Positions 22,684 to 34,123 of a stretch of DNA of 61,517 bases are shown one piece after another. The notes below the pieces were generated by a model, which was given only the letters and a program-made list of their open reading frames with translations, was not told where the DNA came from and did no database searches. The stretch's first letter is position 1. Each line of letters opens with the position of its first letter. The stretch comes from Craspedostauros australis (taxonomy: Eukaryota): assembly GCA_030167865.1 (NCBI GenBank), contig JALAGF010000406.1:1-61517 (forward strand), given 5' to 3'. The translations under genes were made by a program, and so were the position numbers.

Positions 22684-24615
22684 GATGACGTTGCTGTTGC
22701 TGTTGCTGTTTCTGTCGCGGTCTTGATGGAGATGATAGCTGGCTTGTTCGTTGATCGTTGATTGTCGATCGTTGGTCGTTGCTTCAGTGGGATGCCTTTG
22801 TGTGCAATACAATACCTTTGGGCACAATCGAAAGATTTTCAGGCCACAGGGTGTTCGAACTGCTTTGAATCTCAAATCCTCCCCTCTCTTATTGGATGCT
22901 TGGCAGATCAGCGGCTCGCTTGGTATCACAAGGTGAACGCAGGGTCTGAGTGTGATGCAGCGGTATCGTTGCCGTCGTTGCTCTGTGTGTTGACGTTGTT
23001 GGCGCCGACGGATGGAACGGCAAGGAGCGCCATGGTCACCAACAACAAACACCATCATTCTGGTTGGTGCGGGTGCGCAAAGGCTCTCCGCACAACACAG
23101 ACAAAGACGCCTCATATCTCATTTCGGTCGAGAACCGTATCACTTGATTGTATGGACAAGCGTACAAATAGGTTGTTTGAGAAGGCCTATGTAAGTTTTT
23201 GGTGCGTTGATCGGAACGGAGAACAGTCATCGTTGTAACGGCAGTAATAACGGCCATCTCGACTTTCTTGGAAGCGATAAAATACCAACACATGTTGTCT
23301 GTTCTTGGGAAGTCTGGGTGGTCAACGTGCCGGCAGAAAAACTGGGATGGCCACGATTTTTATTTGCTTGTTGTTGTGTTGCAGGATGGAAAGCACCCAA
23401 TCTTCTTGTGGGTACAGAGAGGGATGGAAAAGAAGTGGAATAAAACATATAATAGTGCTCTTCTTCTTCTGAATTATACACTCTACTCTGAAGAGCTCAA
23501 GTTGGAGTGGGTTGCATGGAATAGGTTGTGAGCCATCATATGCTACTATACAAAGCAACAGGAGAGGCTGAGAAATGTTCTGGTGATTTGAGGCTTCCGT
23601 TCCACTCTGGCCGATTTGCCTCCGAAGGGGTGGCCAATTAATTCGAGATGAGAATTTTGAACACTAATTGTTAATCATGTGGGAATTATTTATATATTGT
23701 CCCACCGACACGTGATCGAGTGCGCAATGATGCCGTCAAACAACGAGGGAACTAGCACTGCGACACGCCGTTGGCGAAGGGTACGCGCGCGCATGTCCTG
23801 CTTCATGTCTGTTGGAGAGTTTGTGCAGTTGATTTTGTGATGACACAGACGCACGTCTTTGCGGCCACGTTGTTGGGTCTACCCGTGTACTGTGTGTAAC
23901 TTGTTGTTCGCCTCTTCTTCGCAGCATTGCCGTGATGAAACACGTTGTTTCTTCCTTCGTGTCTTCCTTTGTTTGTTTGTGCTGCTTCGGTCTGTCTCTC
24001 CGCAAGGGTTCCTTTTGGAAGTCGTATCACCCGCATCATCTGCCCCTTGTTTGTCCTTCTATCAATACTCGGTTCACCTGATCACCTCATCGCCATCGAC
24101 AACATCTGCAACATCTGCAACATCTTGAACATCGCACGGCAATCGAGCACCATCGGACTCAAACTCAAGCTCAGCTTCAGCACTGTCACCACCATCAAAG
24201 CCACCACTGTTGGCAGTCGTCGCAGCAGCAAATCGAAGACCAGGCAGCAACCGAGAGACAGAAACGGCAAGGCTCTCATCATCGGCAAACTGCGACAACC
24301 GGCATCCCAGAGCTGCATCAAGCTACGAAGCAATCGCTGGAGGCTTTCGGAGGACTACAGCGTTCAGAATTCATTCGAGAAACAGTCGTTCAATTGATTA
24401 AGAGTGCGCTCCTCCATCACTCGGCGAGGAACAAGGGCCCTGCTCACGACGAACCCGGCGATCGTACAAGATCAAAGATGCAGGAACGAAGCAGGCGGAA
24501 GATGAAGAGGACGATAGCAACATCCAAATCTTCATGGACATCAACGGCAAAAGCAAAGGCAAAGGCAAATGCGAGGTCAACGACAACAGCGAAGAGGCTG
24601 ACTTCGTCACAGTCA

Positions 24616-27573
24616 ATGGCATCGCGTCCTATCCTCCTCAGCATGTTCATCCTCCTCATCGTCTCGCCGCTCATTGCTAGCGTCAATGCCTACGATTACA
24701 ACAACTACTACAATTACGGAAATGATGACGGCAATAATGATGATGGCAATAACGACGACGGCAATAACAACAACGATGATGGCAACAACAACGATGACGC
24801 AAATGCCAACGCGAACAATGACGATGGAAACAATAACAACAACGATGACGGCGATGATTACTACAATGCTGGAGATGACAACAATGACGACGCCAATGCA
24901 AATGCTAACAACGATGACGCAAACGCCAACGGAGACGACGCCAACAACTTCTGGAATAGTGAGTGGATTCATGCTGCGTGATGCACATTGAATCATGCGT
25001 CGTGCGTCGTGCTCCCATGCAATGCAATGCAATTCGAAGACAATACTGTCGATCTTTCGCCAGATGAGTTGAGGATTGGTTGCGAGCATGAGGAAAGTCC
25101 GGCTTGGCGAAGACGGAGAGGAGCACGGCGCATATGGCGAGACACAAGCTTGTCTTGATGCCTTCTCAATGCCTTGGATGCTGTCTCTGGCGAACCGCAA
25201 AACAGACGCACTGTACCACGCCTCCTTCCCTTTCCCTGTGCCCAACTCATACTCTTCCCTCCCTCGTCTACTCTACCGTGTTTATAAACATGATCAAAAC
25301 ATCCATTGCTTGCGATCACATCTCACACACTCACTTCGCACTCAACCGATTTCGTTTTTGCTTTTGCTTTTCTTTGATTCAATCTCTCTGCCGCAGATCG
25401 TGATGACGACTTCAACAACGATCACGATGATGACCTCTTCCAGTACGGCTTCGAAGAAGGCTTCGATGATGTTTACATCATGCCTGTATCCTGCGTCAAC
25501 TAGTAAGTCAAGTGTCCTGCTGTGTGCATTCCAAAAAGGGCCTTCCGCCAACTGCACACGCTTGTGCTCTTCATCGACTCAACTTCTGCGAACTAACTTT
25601 GTCAACTGCACGACATACGCAATCACAATTGATCTTTCTTCATATATCACTCTTCTGCTCGCACCACAACCATCATCACCACTGACAACACGAACAACAA
25701 CACACTGGCATCCACAGCAACAACGGTCACATGATTCAATTCGAGCTCTTCGAGGACACCAGCTCATTCCAATGCCGACATTCAAAAGTGGGAAGCTTCG
25801 TTGTCAGTATCGCCCATTACATGCGCGCGTATTTCAACTACCAGGCGTTGGTGAAAGGCAACAACTTTCAGCTCCCCGGTGACGCTGGGTATCTCAACGT
25901 AAGTGTATTCGGCGGTGCATGAGTTGAGTGCCTGTTCGTGCAGATGCTCTCTGGAGATGTATGGTTTGCAGCTCCTTCATACAAGTGGCAACTTGATCGT
26001 CGTTGCGCTTCATTTCATCACCATCTTTACGCATTTCACATCCTCAATCTCTCCTTCCCTTCAAACAACACCATTGCCATCACCATCATCCATACGATCG
26101 CCAAAATCTTGCGCTGGCCCATCCGGCAGTGTCTGATGTTGCAAGAGACTGCCTATGGCGACTCTCCGGTGTACGCAAAGATTGGTTGCATGGAGCGTTC
26201 CACCTTCACCTCCACCAAACTGGCACTTCACCTCTACACCGACGCCAAGTGCAGCCAACCTTTCGACGATGGCGAGACGGCGCAGAAGCACAACAAGCGC
26301 GGATACGACGTCAACGGGTACGCGTTCCGAACCAAGGTCTCCTTCCGCCCACCATTCTACTCCTGCCAATCCTGCACACCATCATCCATCTCCGAAACCT
26401 TCAACAGGCAGTCAGGAACATGGTATGATGATGACTTCATCGTGCAACAGGAGAGAAACCAGGAGAACAATAAGGACAAGGATGACGAAGACGACGATCA
26501 GAACGCCAACAACGGGTATTATGATGATGACAACCACGTGGACGATGCCTACTACAAACCAAACCAGGATGACGCATACTACCAAGCCAACGACGATGTT
26601 TACAACAACGGTGACGACGCCTACGGCAACCGCAATCTTGCGTCATCCGGCGTCGACAATGCCGAACAACGTTCTGCAGAATCGGATACGCGTTTGTTGG
26701 CCGCGTCGCCAACAGAGCTCGAGGTGAGTGAATCAACAATTTGTTGTCCTGTCCTGCACTCCACTGTGACCTGTGTGAAGGTGCTGGTTGCATGTGGCAT
26801 GCATATTCACAATCGTCTGCGTCTTTGTTCTGAGGACACGCGCAAGAAGAAGCACTCTCCTCTATACCATGTCACCGAACTTGTCCTTCCTGATGTTCCT
26901 CACACCGTACTTCTGCACAAAACAATACCTCACAACGTGCGCTTGAACTCATGATCTGACAAACCCACGCAAAAACTTGACGTCATGACACGGAATGGAA
27001 TGGAATGGAATGGAATGAAATGAAATGAAATGGCAACAGAAATACGAGAACGACTTCTGGACCGAAGTGGATGAGGCGAAGCGCGATTTGTACAACAATG
27101 GGTACGATGTCGGGGACTGGAACATGTGCCAGCGCGTGTACAAGTACGGCGTGTACTGCGACGAGGATTGCCAAAGCCTGAATGCATACCGCACGGATCG
27201 ATGGTCAGGCGCCGACATCGTGCTGCTCTCCTTCTTGGTGACGTTCATCTGCGGCATGATGCTGCTCGTCGTTGCCAAACGGCTGAAAGCGGCTCAGAAG
27301 CAACGCATCTACGGGAAGGCATCCACACACCTCCCAGGCCTTCCACCAGCAGCCATGTTCATGCTGTTCATGGTGCTGATGTTCATCGTCGTCGTCCTTG
27401 CCAAGTTGAACTTCGTGAACGAGACGTTGATCTTCGCTGTGGTGACCTGCATACTGCTGTTCATCTACATGCTGAAGCTCACTCTGTTTGACAACAGAAG
27501 GCCGGTCCTGCTCGCAGCACCAGGCCATTATCAACAATTCGACAATCCCATGGACGGTCGGATATTCAGTTAA
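24616..27573 (+). CDS. N/D-rich, Cys-patterned membrane protein, silicanin-like; exons 24616-24958, 25397-25502, 25718-25898, 26130-26723, 27040-27573
   Basis: Signal peptide; NDDG/NNDD repeats; YAKIGC...LHLYTDAKCS; RNL/RLL/RDL motifs; CQRVYKYGVYCDEDC then TM, plus two further hydrophobic helices. All four introns are GT-AG and keep frame. Family assignment is by recalled resemblance only. Confidence 0.75.
26992..27033 (+). repeat. (TGGAA)n/(TGAAA)n pentamer repeat at the intron 3' end
   Basis: ggaatggaatggaatggaatggaatgaaatgaaatgaaatgg. Confidence 0.9.
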
Positions 27574-28675
27574 GAGCGCAAGAGTCTTGGATAAGAACAA
27601 GTGGCTGGGCACGACGACGGATACATTCTCTGCCTGCACTCCATACTCGTGCTCTCACATGCACACACATGGAGGAGGTCCAACTTGCGCATTGGAAAGG
27701 AAGCATCGTGGGCATGATATCGCATTGCTCTGAACGGTACTACTATTGTATGGCAAGAGCAACATCACAGGCAATGGGAACAACGACATGGGACATCGAC
27801 GAGAGCATAACGAGGCGTGGTGCGATTTTTTCATCACTCCAAATTCACATCGCTACGGATGCACAAACGAGAACAACTGCACCGATGACTCCTTTGGAAG
27901 CAATGGGGGAGGCAGACACGCCCCGTGCCTTCGTTGACAGTAGAGGCCATCTCGAAGTGGTCTATGATCATGTGCATCCCCAAACAGCTAAGACATGTCG
28001 CAGAGGGAGCAGAACGATTGCCGCCACACCCGCGCAAGCACAGAGAACAACGATGACAGTGACGGAAATGATGAAAATGATGATGAATGCTCGGAAATGG
28101 GACGTCAGCGTGTCCCAAAAGTATTCCGGTTGTAACATTAGATTTGAAAATACAATAGCACTCGCTGGTGTGCCAACACGACGACACCACAGCTGTGCAT
28201 AAGATGATCTCTCTATCTCCGCGATCGCAGATCTGCATCAACACAGTGCACGCTTTGGGTGCAGCTCATTTACGAGCATCTGTTACCAGAGAGCAAGTGG
28301 TGTGGTGTGGAACGGACCAGAGTGAATATTGGTAGTATCTCCAACGAGAGTAGTCCCATACGTATCGGCCACCACAAATCGCGCAGAGTATTGCTGCGAA
28401 GTGAAGCTATTTATGTACCATGATTGCGGACCAAGATCGCACGCTGCGATCACTTGGTTTGATCGCAGCCACAAACACGCTGCGCGTGTTTGGCTTTGTG
28501 TTGGCCATGGCGCGATTGTTGCTGTTCGCTCGTTGTTTGTGTTTGTTTGGCTTGGCTTGTGGTTTGGTTGGTTGGTTGGTTGCTCACAAAGATCCAAGCA
28601 CAAAACGCCATCGAGCAAGCAACCAAAGAAGCAAGGCAGTGAGACAAGCAGAGAGAGAGAGAGGCAGAGAGAAAG

Positions 28676-31419
28676 ATGCAACTCGTGATCAACCCCAACT
28701 CGGAGGAGGTGACGGACCGTCCCCTGGTGGCGCTGTCTGTGGCTGTGCTGACCAACACAGTGGTGGACATCAAGCTGTTCAGCAACCACCACGCGAAGAC
28801 CACCTCCCTCAGCACCAAGACCGGAAGCATCGTGGGAGACCTGGCCATCGCGCGCTACCTGGCCCGCCGCTGCGCCGGAACGAACAATGCCGCCGCGGCG
28901 GATCGCGTGATGGGCGCCACCGCCGAAGATCAGGGGCAGGTCGATGCCTGGGTGGACTACGCCCAATCGCTGAAGCTGCTGCCCAAGGACCAGCGCGTCA
29001 AGGCCGTCTGCATGACGCTGGAGCACAACCTCCTCTCCCGCACCTACCTGGTGGGTCACGGCATCACCCTGGCCGACATCGCCCTGTTCTCCGCCATGGG
29101 GTTCCCCAACCAGGCCTCCGATCTCGCGCTCTTCCTCAACACCGTCGCCGCCGACAAGTACCCGGCCACCCACCGCTGGACCAACATGATGGCCACCTGC
29201 CCGGCTCTGCAGGAGGCCATGCAGTGCGCCGTGGGCATTGCGAACAGCACCGAGGCCAAGTTCAGCCTCGACGAGCAGCTGGAGCCGCTCGTGTCCGGCA
29301 TGGCGCTGCTGGAGGGTGCCACCGCAGGCCGTGTCGTCACGCGGTTCCCGCCTGAACCGTCCGGTTACCTGCACGTCGGTCACGCCAAGGCTGTGCTGCT
29401 CAACGACTACTACGCCCGTCGGTACAAGGGGCGTCTCCTCGTGCGCTTCGATGACACCAACCCATCCAAGGAGAAAGAGGAGTATCAGCAAGCCATCATC
29501 GAAGATGTACGTACGGGCTGCGATTGCTATTGCTACTGCTACTGCTCTTGTTCGGATGTTGTTCGGCTCTGCCTGCGCGACTGCTATTCTTTGCGATGTT
29601 GTGTGGATGGTCATGTGCGGATGGTCATGTGCATACTGTACTCAGTTCTCCTCGCCGATCTGGTTATTGCTGGTGATCTACGAGTGTTCACAATCTCACA
29701 AATCTCCTCTCCTTTGTCTCTGTGTGGTGACCACTTGACACGTAATAAATCGATGAACGTACATTCGTTCAAACTCGCACACTCATGTTCACAAACGCAA
29801 CAACAGCTGGGCAAGCTGGGCGTCAAGCCAGATGTCATCAGCCACACGTCAGACTATTTCGAGACCATCGCTTGCTACGCCAAGTACCTGATCGAGAATG
29901 GCCTCGCGTACATGGACGACACGCCTCAGGAGCAGATGAAGGAGGAGCGCATGGAACGCAAGGAGTCCAAGCACCGCAACCAAACCTCCGAGGATGCCAT
30001 GAAGTACTTCAAGCTCATGTACAGCGGCAGCGAGGAAGGCTCCACCTGGTGCCTGCGGGCCAAGATCGACATGCAGAGCGTCAACGGAACCCTCCGCGAC
30101 CCCGTCCTCTTCCGGCAGAACACGACGCCCCACCACCGATCCGGCACCAAGTACAAGGCCTACCCAACGTACGACTTGGCATGTCCTATTGTGGATTCTG
30201 TCGAAGGCGTCACTCACGCTCTGCGTACCACCGAGTACAATGACCGCGACGAGCAGTACCAGTGGATCCTCAAGGCCCTCGGTCTCCGCCGTGTCCGCAT
30301 CCATGCCTTCGCTCGCATGAGCTTCATGTTCACCGTCCTTTCCAAGCGCAAGCTCACCTGGTTCGTCGAGCAAGGCCTCGTCACAGGCTGGGACGACGCT
30401 CGCATGCCGACCGTCCGTGGAGTCGTGCGCCGCGGCGTCAACGTCCCCGCATTGCGCAAGTTCATCTACTCGCAGGGTGCCAGCCGTCGCATCGTCAACA
30501 TGGAATGGAACAAGTTCTGGGCCGAGAACAAGCGCGAGATCGACAAGTGCGCTAAGCGTTTTATGGCCATCGACAAGAAGCAGCATGCCACCTTGACCGT
30601 GACCAACGGACCTGCCGAGGGTGACAACTCCTACATGGCCGCCGACTACCATCCAAAGGATCCGTCGTTGGGCAGCCGCGTCATCAAGCTTGGAAAAGAG
30701 ATTCTGTTGGAGACTGTCGACGTGGAAGGCATCACCGTCGGTGAAGATATCGTCCTTTTGCGATGGGGTGAGTGAATCATTGGTGCTAGTGTCGTTAGTG
30801 CTGGTGTTGGTGTCGGTATGACTGCTTGCGAACTTTGCTTGTGTTGTCTTGTGCTGTCCTTGGAGGGACAGCAATGATGGCGAGAACGGAGAGCTTCACC
30901 ATGCTACTGCTACATTATCCATTCACCTCCATTCGATCTCCTGCATCCTAATCCAACCGCGTTCGCTTGTCCCTTCCCTCCACTATGCTCCACTGTATTC
31001 ATTTGGACAACACAGGCGTGGTCAAGATCACCAAGGTCGAAGGAGGCCTGGAGGGTGAGCACATCCCGGACGGCAACTTCAAGGCCGCCAAGCGCAAGAT
31101 CAGCTGGATGGCCAAGTCCGATGCCAACCTCAGCGTCGTCCTCACCGAGTTCGACAACCTTGTCTCCAAGGAGAAGCTCGAGGAGGAGGACAAGTTCGAA
31201 GACTTCGTCAATCCCGACACCATGGCATCCACCGAAGTCATCGGCGATGCTGGCCTCAAGCTGCTGAAGGAGCACGAGGTCATCCAGCTCGAACGCCGTG
31301 GATACTATCGCGTGGACCGCCCATACGTGTCTGCCACCAAGCCATTGATGCTGTACATGGTCCCTGATGGCAAGGCCAAGGCCATGTCCGGCCTGCAGGG
31401 CAAGTTGGCCCACCGTTAA
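28676..31419 (+). CDS. EARS: Cytosolic glutamyl-tRNA synthetase with N-terminal GST-like domain; exons 28676-29506, 29807-30767, 31016-31419
   Basis: TRFPPEPSGYLHVGHAKA, RFDDTNP, YPTYDLACPIVDS, VLSKRKL, GWDDARMPT, IQLERRGYYRVD; GST_C-like TYLVGHGITLADIALF. Confidence 0.95.
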
Positions 31420-31678
31420 GAATTCGGGTACTCACACCAAGACGAACGCAAAAGTTACGCCAGATTCTCGAGGCGGGCCTTTCTTCTCTCAAGAGATTCC
31501 GTTGGTCGATCGCGATTGATTGATCGATCAATCGATTCACCGTTAACAGTACGTAGCCTCTACTAGTACACGTACCCATACCCATACCAACTATATGGAC
31601 GCTTTACGTCTGCAACATTGTGATAGCATTCCACGGCTGATCCATCGATTATACGCACATACTAGGATGTGGCGCGGC

Positions 31679-34123
31679 TCAGTAGTGACGATGTCCATGC
31701 CCATGTCCTCCGTGCCCGGTCCGACCTCTCCTGGCAGCTTGCTCGGCAGCCTCGACACGTTCTCGGATGGCCGCTGGATCGTATCCCTCGTCGTACAGCT
31801 TCCTCTTGAAGTCATCCGACAGAGTCTCCAGAGCGTCGCCCAGAATCTTGAATTGCTTCTCTGCCTGCTTCTGCTCCTCCACGGATTTTTGCGAATGCCG
31901 ATCGGGATGGTATTTGAGGCACTGCTGCTTGTACGCCTTCTTGATCTCCATCAGACTGGCGAGACTGGAGACGCCCAGCGTGCCGTAAAAGTCCGGCCGA
32001 CGTTGCTTGCGCACTTCAAAGTCGGCCTTCTCATAGGCCTTGTGCAGACGCATGTCGTTGCTTTCGAACCTGCGAAGGAGGTCGGACACCTCGCTCAGGG
32101 CATCCTCGTGCTGACCCAGCCCATGGTAGGCCTGGAACTTGATCAGCCATGCTGGGATGTAGGCCTCCTGTGCGTACACCACGAGGGCACAGTCCTTCAG
32201 GCAATTCGCATGCTGCTTCAGCCGGAGGTAAGCCTCGGCCCTCTGCGTGTACAGGGTCGCGTACAACGGCGATCGGCTGGGGTTGGGTACGCAAATATCC
32301 AGCGCCTTCGTGATGTGGTCGACCGCGCTTTGGAACCGGCGGTGGAACATGTCCTGTTTGGCGGCCGCGATGGAGGAATGAACCTGACGCGTGGTTTTGA
32401 GCGCCGTCTTGATGGTTCTGGATTCCGGATCGAGACGCAGCGCCTCACGCATCAGCTTGAGGCCATGCTCGTAGTCTCCCATGAAGAACATGGCCTGTCC
32501 ACGAATTTGGAATGCCTCTGCATTGCGAGAATCGAACCTGAGTACACGCATGGTCATGGTCAGCGCGGCATCCGTGAGGCCCAGTCCGAGATCTGCCTTG
32601 GCGGCTCCCAGCAAAACGCAAGGTGGCATGATGGATTCCTTCATGAGACGACCGAACGATGATTTCGCGGTGGCATACTGCCTCAGCTCCAGCTGTTTCG
32701 TTGCCTGCTGGAAGCTCAGACGGTGCTTGGAAACGTAGTCGAGCTCCTTTTGCAGTGATTGGGTTCCGCTTTCATTTGGTTGTTTGGCAGAGGCAAATGC
32801 GTGCAGGCCTTCCTGAAGTCCCAGCTCCGCCTTCTCGAACCGCCCGAGTTGAAGATACGCGCGACTTTGTCGCATGTAGGCTTTGGCGTACAGTGTGTTC
32901 CATTGGATGGCGCAGCTGCTGTCCTGCAGGCACTGCGCATATTGCTGTAGCTTGAAGTCCGTGGTTGCGCGGTTGCAGAAGAGCGTTGCAAGGAGGCTGG
33001 CAGCATCCGAGGCAGGCTTGCTCGGTGTGGCATTCAGCGTCTTTGGGGTGATGAACTCATGATACTCCATGTCATCCTTGGACATGAGAACGTCTATGGC
33101 TCGCTTGTAGAGCAAGCGTGCTTGCGAAAAGTGTTGGTTGGAGAATTGATTGTTCGCCTCCTCCTTTAGCGAACTGGCCAAGGATATTTGCTGTTTGATT
33201 TTGTTTTCCAATCTCTTGATTCGGTCGATGGCAGTCACTTGATCGTTCTGAGGGCGTGCATCGACACCGTGCGTGGATTCTTTGTCATCGCTGCCTGTGC
33301 CGCTGCCTGCGTCGCTGCCTGCGCTGCTGGGATGGACGATCTGTGGCTGCTGACCTGAACCACCGTGGCTGGCTGGTATGTTATCAGATGAGGCATCAGA
33401 TGAGGCATCGTGAGAGTGCTTGACTTCGCCACGACCTCTCTTGGTGGGTCGAGCTGATGGCGATCCTTGCGGCATTGGACCCGTCGCCATTCCTGCTGTG
33501 CCATCTGCCGTGGCAGCATTGGCTGAACTATCCGATACCTGCGTCTGCGAGATGTGCGCCGTCGCTGACAGAAGATGAGACTGAAGGCTGCCGTAATCTC
33601 CGGTCCAATCACAGTGCACGCAATCGTCCTCATGCGCGGATGAGCTCGCCTTGTCATGCCCTAAGGGACACCGCACAAGCAATGACCGCAGCACCCGATG
33701 CGCCAATGGCTGGTAGGATTTGAGCGGCTGCACCATGCACGCGTGCTCCCCCATCATCATGTAGTAATGCCGCTCGCGTGCGTACGACGATGACGACAGA
33801 GAGTGCGATTCTGCAGACTGTGATGCAGCACCGCCATTGTCAGTGTCGCTGCCATGAGTGACGGTGTTGGAGCTGTACTCCAGATTGCGGTTGCACGTGG
33901 GGCAGTTCAAGGTGATCGCGTTGGCCGGATGGTGCTGGCGTTGATGGTGCTGCACCTGCTGCTGCCTCTCTAGCCAGTGCTGCAGGCAGCTCCTGCAGAA
34001 GCAGTGCGAGCACACGGTCGTCACCAGCGCATCGTCCACGTCCACCAGACTCTGGCAGATGGTGCAGATGAAGATCCCGTAGTATCGCTCGTCGGACTCC
34101 ACGAAGCCCTGATCGAATCCCAT
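31679..34123 (-). CDS. RING finger + TPR repeats + DnaJ domain protein (DNAJC7-like C-terminus)
   Basis: C3HC4 RING CTIC..CSHCFCRSC..CPTC; TRAF-type knuckle VRCP..CDWTG..LQSHL; TPRs (LKEEANNQF, LFCNRA, ALRLDP); J domain DFYGTLGV..IKKAYK..KYHPDR. Confidence 0.9.
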   Translation of the reverse strand: MGFDQGFVESDERYYGIFICTICQSLVDVDDALVTTVCSHCFCRSCLQHWLERQQQVQHHQRQHHPANAITLNCPTCNRNLEYSSNTVTHGSDTDNGGAASQSAESHSLSSSSYARERHYYMMMGEHACMVQPLKSYQPLAHRVLRSLLVRCPLGHDKASSSAHEDDCVHCDWTGDYGSLQSHLLSATAHISQTQVSDSSANAATADGTAGMATGPMPQGSPSARPTKRGRGEVKHSHDASSDASSDNIPASHGGSGQQPQIVHPSSAGSDAGSGTGSDDKESTHGVDARPQNDQVTAIDRIKRLENKIKQQISLASSLKEEANNQFSNQHFSQARLLYKRAIDVLMSKDDMEYHEFITPKTLNATPSKPASDAASLLATLFCNRATTDFKLQQYAQCLQDSSCAIQWNTLYAKAYMRQSRAYLQLGRFEKAELGLQEGLHAFASAKQPNESGTQSLQKELDYVSKHRLSFQQATKQLELRQYATAKSSFGRLMKESIMPPCVLLGAAKADLGLGLTDAALTMTMRVLRFDSRNAEAFQIRGQAMFFMGDYEHGLKLMREALRLDPESRTIKTALKTTRQVHSSIAAAKQDMFHRRFQSAVDHITKALDICVPNPSRSPLYATLYTQRAEAYLRLKQHANCLKDCALVVYAQEAYIPAWLIKFQAYHGLGQHEDALSEVSDLLRRFESNDMRLHKAYEKADFEVRKQRRPDFYGTLGVSSLASLMEIKKAYKQQCLKYHPDRHSQKSVEEQKQAEKQFKILGDALETLSDDFKRKLYDEGYDPAAIRERVEAAEQAARRGRTGHGGHGHGHRHY

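Noticed and set aside
24700-24950. Repeat array considered as CRISPR-like
   Set aside because: Coding Asn/Asp trinucleotide repeats with no repeat-spacer structure; eukaryotic context, no cas genes.
28283-32662. Long ORFs antisense to GluRS and the DnaJ gene
   Set aside because: Reverse-strand shadows caused by GC3-rich codon usage.
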